IMG/VR virus record: IMGVR_UViG_3300035492_000070
Source of the DNA: a virus
Taxonomy: Duplodnaviria > Heunggongvirae > Uroviricota > Caudoviricetes
Length of the DNA stretch: 16,570 nucleotides
Strand: one strand, 5' to 3'
Under the pieces are notes generated by a model. That model was not told where the DNA came from. It worked only from the letters and a program-made list of their open reading frames with translations, and made no database searches. Position 1 is the first letter of the stretch. Every line of letters begins with the position of its first letter. The translations under genes and the position numbers were made by a program. This document shows positions 14,323 through 16,570 of this stretch, piece after piece.

Positions 14323-16242
14323 ATGTCAAAGATTAGAGTAGATAACATCGGAAATATTGATGACAATGTCAATTTTGAAGTCGATAAGGTTGTTAATATT
14401 GCAGGTAAATTTGCAGATGGATTTGTATTCAGAAGTGAAGGTCAAATAGGTATTACTCCTGATGGTCAGTGGTGGAGCTATAACGGCAGCTTACCGTTTA
14501 CTGTGCCAGCAGGCACTGTTCCATCTGAGCCAACATATACTAACCGTGGCGATGCTGCATTACGCAGCGCCCTAGCCGCCCCTGATAGCACTGTACTGGT
14601 GGGTGGGGTTGAGGCTGGTAAGATAGCTGGATCAAACAGTATTGAAATAAATTACACGGTAGGTACGACAGGGGATTTTTCGACAATTAATGCCGCATTG
14701 GCTTTTATATCTTTAAAGCATCGACAGGCGTTAGGCGGCAGGGTCAATCTTTTACTGCTATCAGGATTTGAGTTAACGCAACAATTAGTAATCGACACAA
14801 TAGATTTATCTTTTGTCCGTATAACATCACAAGACCTTGTTGTGCCAGTTTTAGCATCAGTTTGGAGTGGATCGCATGAGGACTCAGGGTACAAACCTGC
14901 AATAGCTATACGATTCGGCGCTATATCTCCAATTTTTGATGTGATATTCGATGCTGGTGAGACTGTGACAGCAGATAACAACAAGGCTGGCTTTATTGTC
15001 AGGTCTGGCGCAAAACTGCTTTCATCGGGGCAATCTACAGCAAGTCTGGGTTTTAAAAACTTAAACGGTAGGGGTTGTTATGTTTTTCAGAATGCAACAG
15101 CCCAAATAAATTTTGCTGATTTTCAAGGCTGCTTTGTTGGTCATAGATGCTCAAACCAAGGGTTTTCTCAAATTCGATGGGGTAATGTTTCTAATTGCGT
15201 ATCGTTTGGTTTGATGTGCGACAGTAGTTATATCAACGCCTCCTCGATAACTGGTGATGGTTGTGGCTCTTTTGCCATTGCGACAAACAACGGTAATTTA
15301 ATGTGCATCAATGCCGTAGCAAAAAATTGCTTAACCAACGCGGTGCAATGCGTTGACGGCGGTAAAATAACCGCGACCAATGCAGATTTTTCAGGAAGTG
15401 GGCCTGCTTTAGTAGCGGTCGGGGGTCAATTGAACGGTAACGGGCTGAACTTGAGCGGCGGCATCGGTGATGGCATTTATGCCAGAACAGGGGCTATAGT
15501 AAATGCGCCTAGCGCAAATCTATCTAACCGATCCACTGGGATTCGGGCGCGATTCGGTGCAAAAGTTGAAGCTACTAACGTAACAGCTACTGACTGCGTG
15601 TTCGGCGTTATTTCTGAAAATTCAGAGGTTTATTGCGAAAATGCAACTCTAACAAATTGTGGGACTGGACTATACTCGAATTTATCTGGACTAATTGTTG
15701 CAAACGCGGCAAATGTAAGCGGAGCAACCAACACAGGTGTAAACGCAACCAGCGGAGGCGAGGTACGAGCGAGGGGTATTATCGCAAACAATTGTGCTAG
15801 ACCAGCGCAAGCGAGTGCCGGTGGCATTATTAAAATGACCGGTGGGAGTGCCACAGCAAGAACGAGCCAAATTAGGGTTCTTACTGGAGGGACTATTCAC
15901 GCCTACGGCTTAACAACAGACTCAGGAGTACCGGGTCGTGCGGATTTTACAGGTATTTCTGTTTTCAATGAATTAGGTGCAGGCGGTATTGTTTACGCTG
16001 ACGTAATAAACAAAAACAGCGGCACCGCAAACATAACAACTGGTAACACATCTGTTGTCGTAACTCATGGAGTGGGCTATACAATTACAGCAGCTGATAT
16101 AGCCGTGACACCAATAAATAGCATGGGCGCAGCAACAAAGTTTTGGATTAGCAATGCTGGCGCAACGGGATTTACGATCAATGTCGATGTAGATCCAGCA
16201 GCAACAGCGTCTTTTGCTTGGAGTGTAAACAAAGTTAAATGA
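14323..16242 (+). CDS. Tailspike / receptor-binding protein with beta-helix, possible depolymerase (639 aa)
   Basis: Particle-attachment module WWSYNGSLPFTVPAGTVP, neck GDAALRSALAAPDS, long G/A/N-rich repeats of roughly 22-24 aa (beta-solenoid pattern), and a beta-sandwich-like C-terminus. Confidence 0.8.
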   Translation: MSKIRVDNIGNIDDNVNFEVDKVVNIAGKFADGFVFRSEGQIGITPDGQWWSYNGSLPFTVPAGTVPSEPTYTNRGDAALRSALAAPDSTVLVGGVEAGKIAGSNSIEINYTVGTTGDFSTINAALAFISLKHRQALGGRVNLLLLSGFELTQQLVIDTIDLSFVRITSQDLVVPVLASVWSGSHEDSGYKPAIAIRFGAISPIFDVIFDAGETVTADNNKAGFIVRSGAKLLSSGQSTASLGFKNLNGRGCYVFQNATAQINFADFQGCFVGHRCSNQGFSQIRWGNVSNCVSFGLMCDSSYINASSITGDGCGSFAIATNNGNLMCINAVAKNCLTNAVQCVDGGKITATNADFSGSGPALVAVGGQLNGNGLNLSGGIGDGIYARTGAIVNAPSANLSNRSTGIRARFGAKVEATNVTATDCVFGVISENSEVYCENATLTNCGTGLYSNLSGLIVANAANVSGATNTGVNATSGGEVRARGIIANNCARPAQASAGGIIKMTGGSATARTSQIRVLTGGTIHAYGLTTDSGVPGRADFTGISVFNELGAGGIVYADVINKNSGTANITTGNTSVVVTHGVGYTITAADIAVTPINSMGAATKFWISNAGATGFTINVDVDPAATASFAWSVNKVK

Positions 16243-16358
16243 TAAACAGAGCTATTCTCATTTGTGTTTAGGTTGTCACAAGTGAATGATGATAATCAAA
16301 GTGCTAACCAGCGACGAGTGGCTTAAGCTAAAGCCCTATCGTTGCAAGTGAGGGATTA

Positions 16359-16478
16359 ATGATTAACAAAATAGTAATCCACTGCGCCGATACATTTGCT
16401 GATATGGATATTGGTGCAAAGGAGATTGACCAGTGGCACAGGCAGCGCGGTTGGTCTGAGATTGATTATCATGAGTAG
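16359..16478 (+). pseudogene. Truncated N-acetylmuramoyl-L-alanine amidase (T7 lysozyme/Amidase_2-like), 39 aa
   Basis: MINKIVIHCADTFADMDIGAKEIDQWHRQRGWSEIDYHE-stop matches the IxxHC...IxxWH..RGW..IGYH N-terminus of the family; SD GAGGG upstream. Confidence 0.8.
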
Positions 16479-16488
16479 GAAATAATAC

Positions 16489-16570
16489 ATGAAATTAGGA
16501 TTTAAACAATTTACACCGTACATATACAGAGAAAAATCTTTATCTCCTTGGGCGGGTACAGCAAAAATGG
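16489..16570 (+). CDS. Hypothetical protein, 3'-partial
   Basis: AGGA SD at 16477-16480; MKLGFKQFTPYIYREKSLSPWAGTAKM is open to the window edge. Confidence 0.5.
   Translation, partial: MKLGFKQFTPYIYREKSLSPWAGTAKM

Noticed and set aside
714-15900. Short overlapping ORFs in the track (for example 714-896, 1925-2110, 2970-3161, 3339-3560, 3836-4039, 4085-4291, 4554-4832, 7077-7283, 7393-7599, 7412-7627, 7641-8063, 8257-8442, 8369-8587, 10121-10306, 10433-10624, 11439-11648, 12059-12313, 13443-13691, 14652-14984, 15630-15854, 15691-15900)
   Set aside because: They are antisense or alternate-frame shadows of well-supported genes, without motifs or convincing RBSs.
16286-16351. 21-codon ORF MMIIKVLTSDEWLKLKPYRCK as a holin remnant
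   Set aside because: No transmembrane segment or recognisable motif.
1-16570. tRNA, rRNA, alternative genetic code
   Set aside because: No cloverleaf or rRNA-like segment was noticed in the short intergenic gaps. TAG, TGA and TAA all end genes at expected family lengths, so stop reassignment does not explain the TAG at 17.

Overview
AT-rich segment of a large T4-superfamily (myovirus) phage genome; the genes are clearly diverged from T4 itself and the host cannot be identified from the sequence. The left half holds DNA-metabolism genes: type IIA topoisomerase subunits, primase, a metallophosphoesterase resembling T5 A1, a Zn-ribbon/RuvC-like pair and ThyX. The right half holds late virion genes: gp29-like tape measure, gp2, gp54, gp26, gp51 and a beta-helix tailspike. 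The topoisomerase carries two separate interruptions. (1) The B subunit (gp39/60-like) has a 49-nt in-gene coding gap at 17-65 inside its TOPRIM DxDG-SHI motif. It has matched GGT take-off/landing codons, an adjacent TAG, a 12-bp stem-loop and an SD-like AAGGA, i.e. an apparent homolog of the T4 gene 60 ribosome-bypass element with a compensatory base change. (2) The A subunit (gp52-like) is fractured into two genes by a naturally split intein, with a free-standing GIY-YIG endonuclease between the halves that has its own late promoter inside an RBS-sequestering hairpin. Other observations: a second GIY-YIG gene flanked by two versions of the ruvC-like 3' end, a possible -1 frameshift fusing gp26 to gp51, a miniature tailspike paralog, a truncated amidase remnant behind the tailspike, and three small ORFs (two Zn-ribbons, gp51) missing from the supplied track. 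All comparisons to known sequences are from memory; no database search was run.
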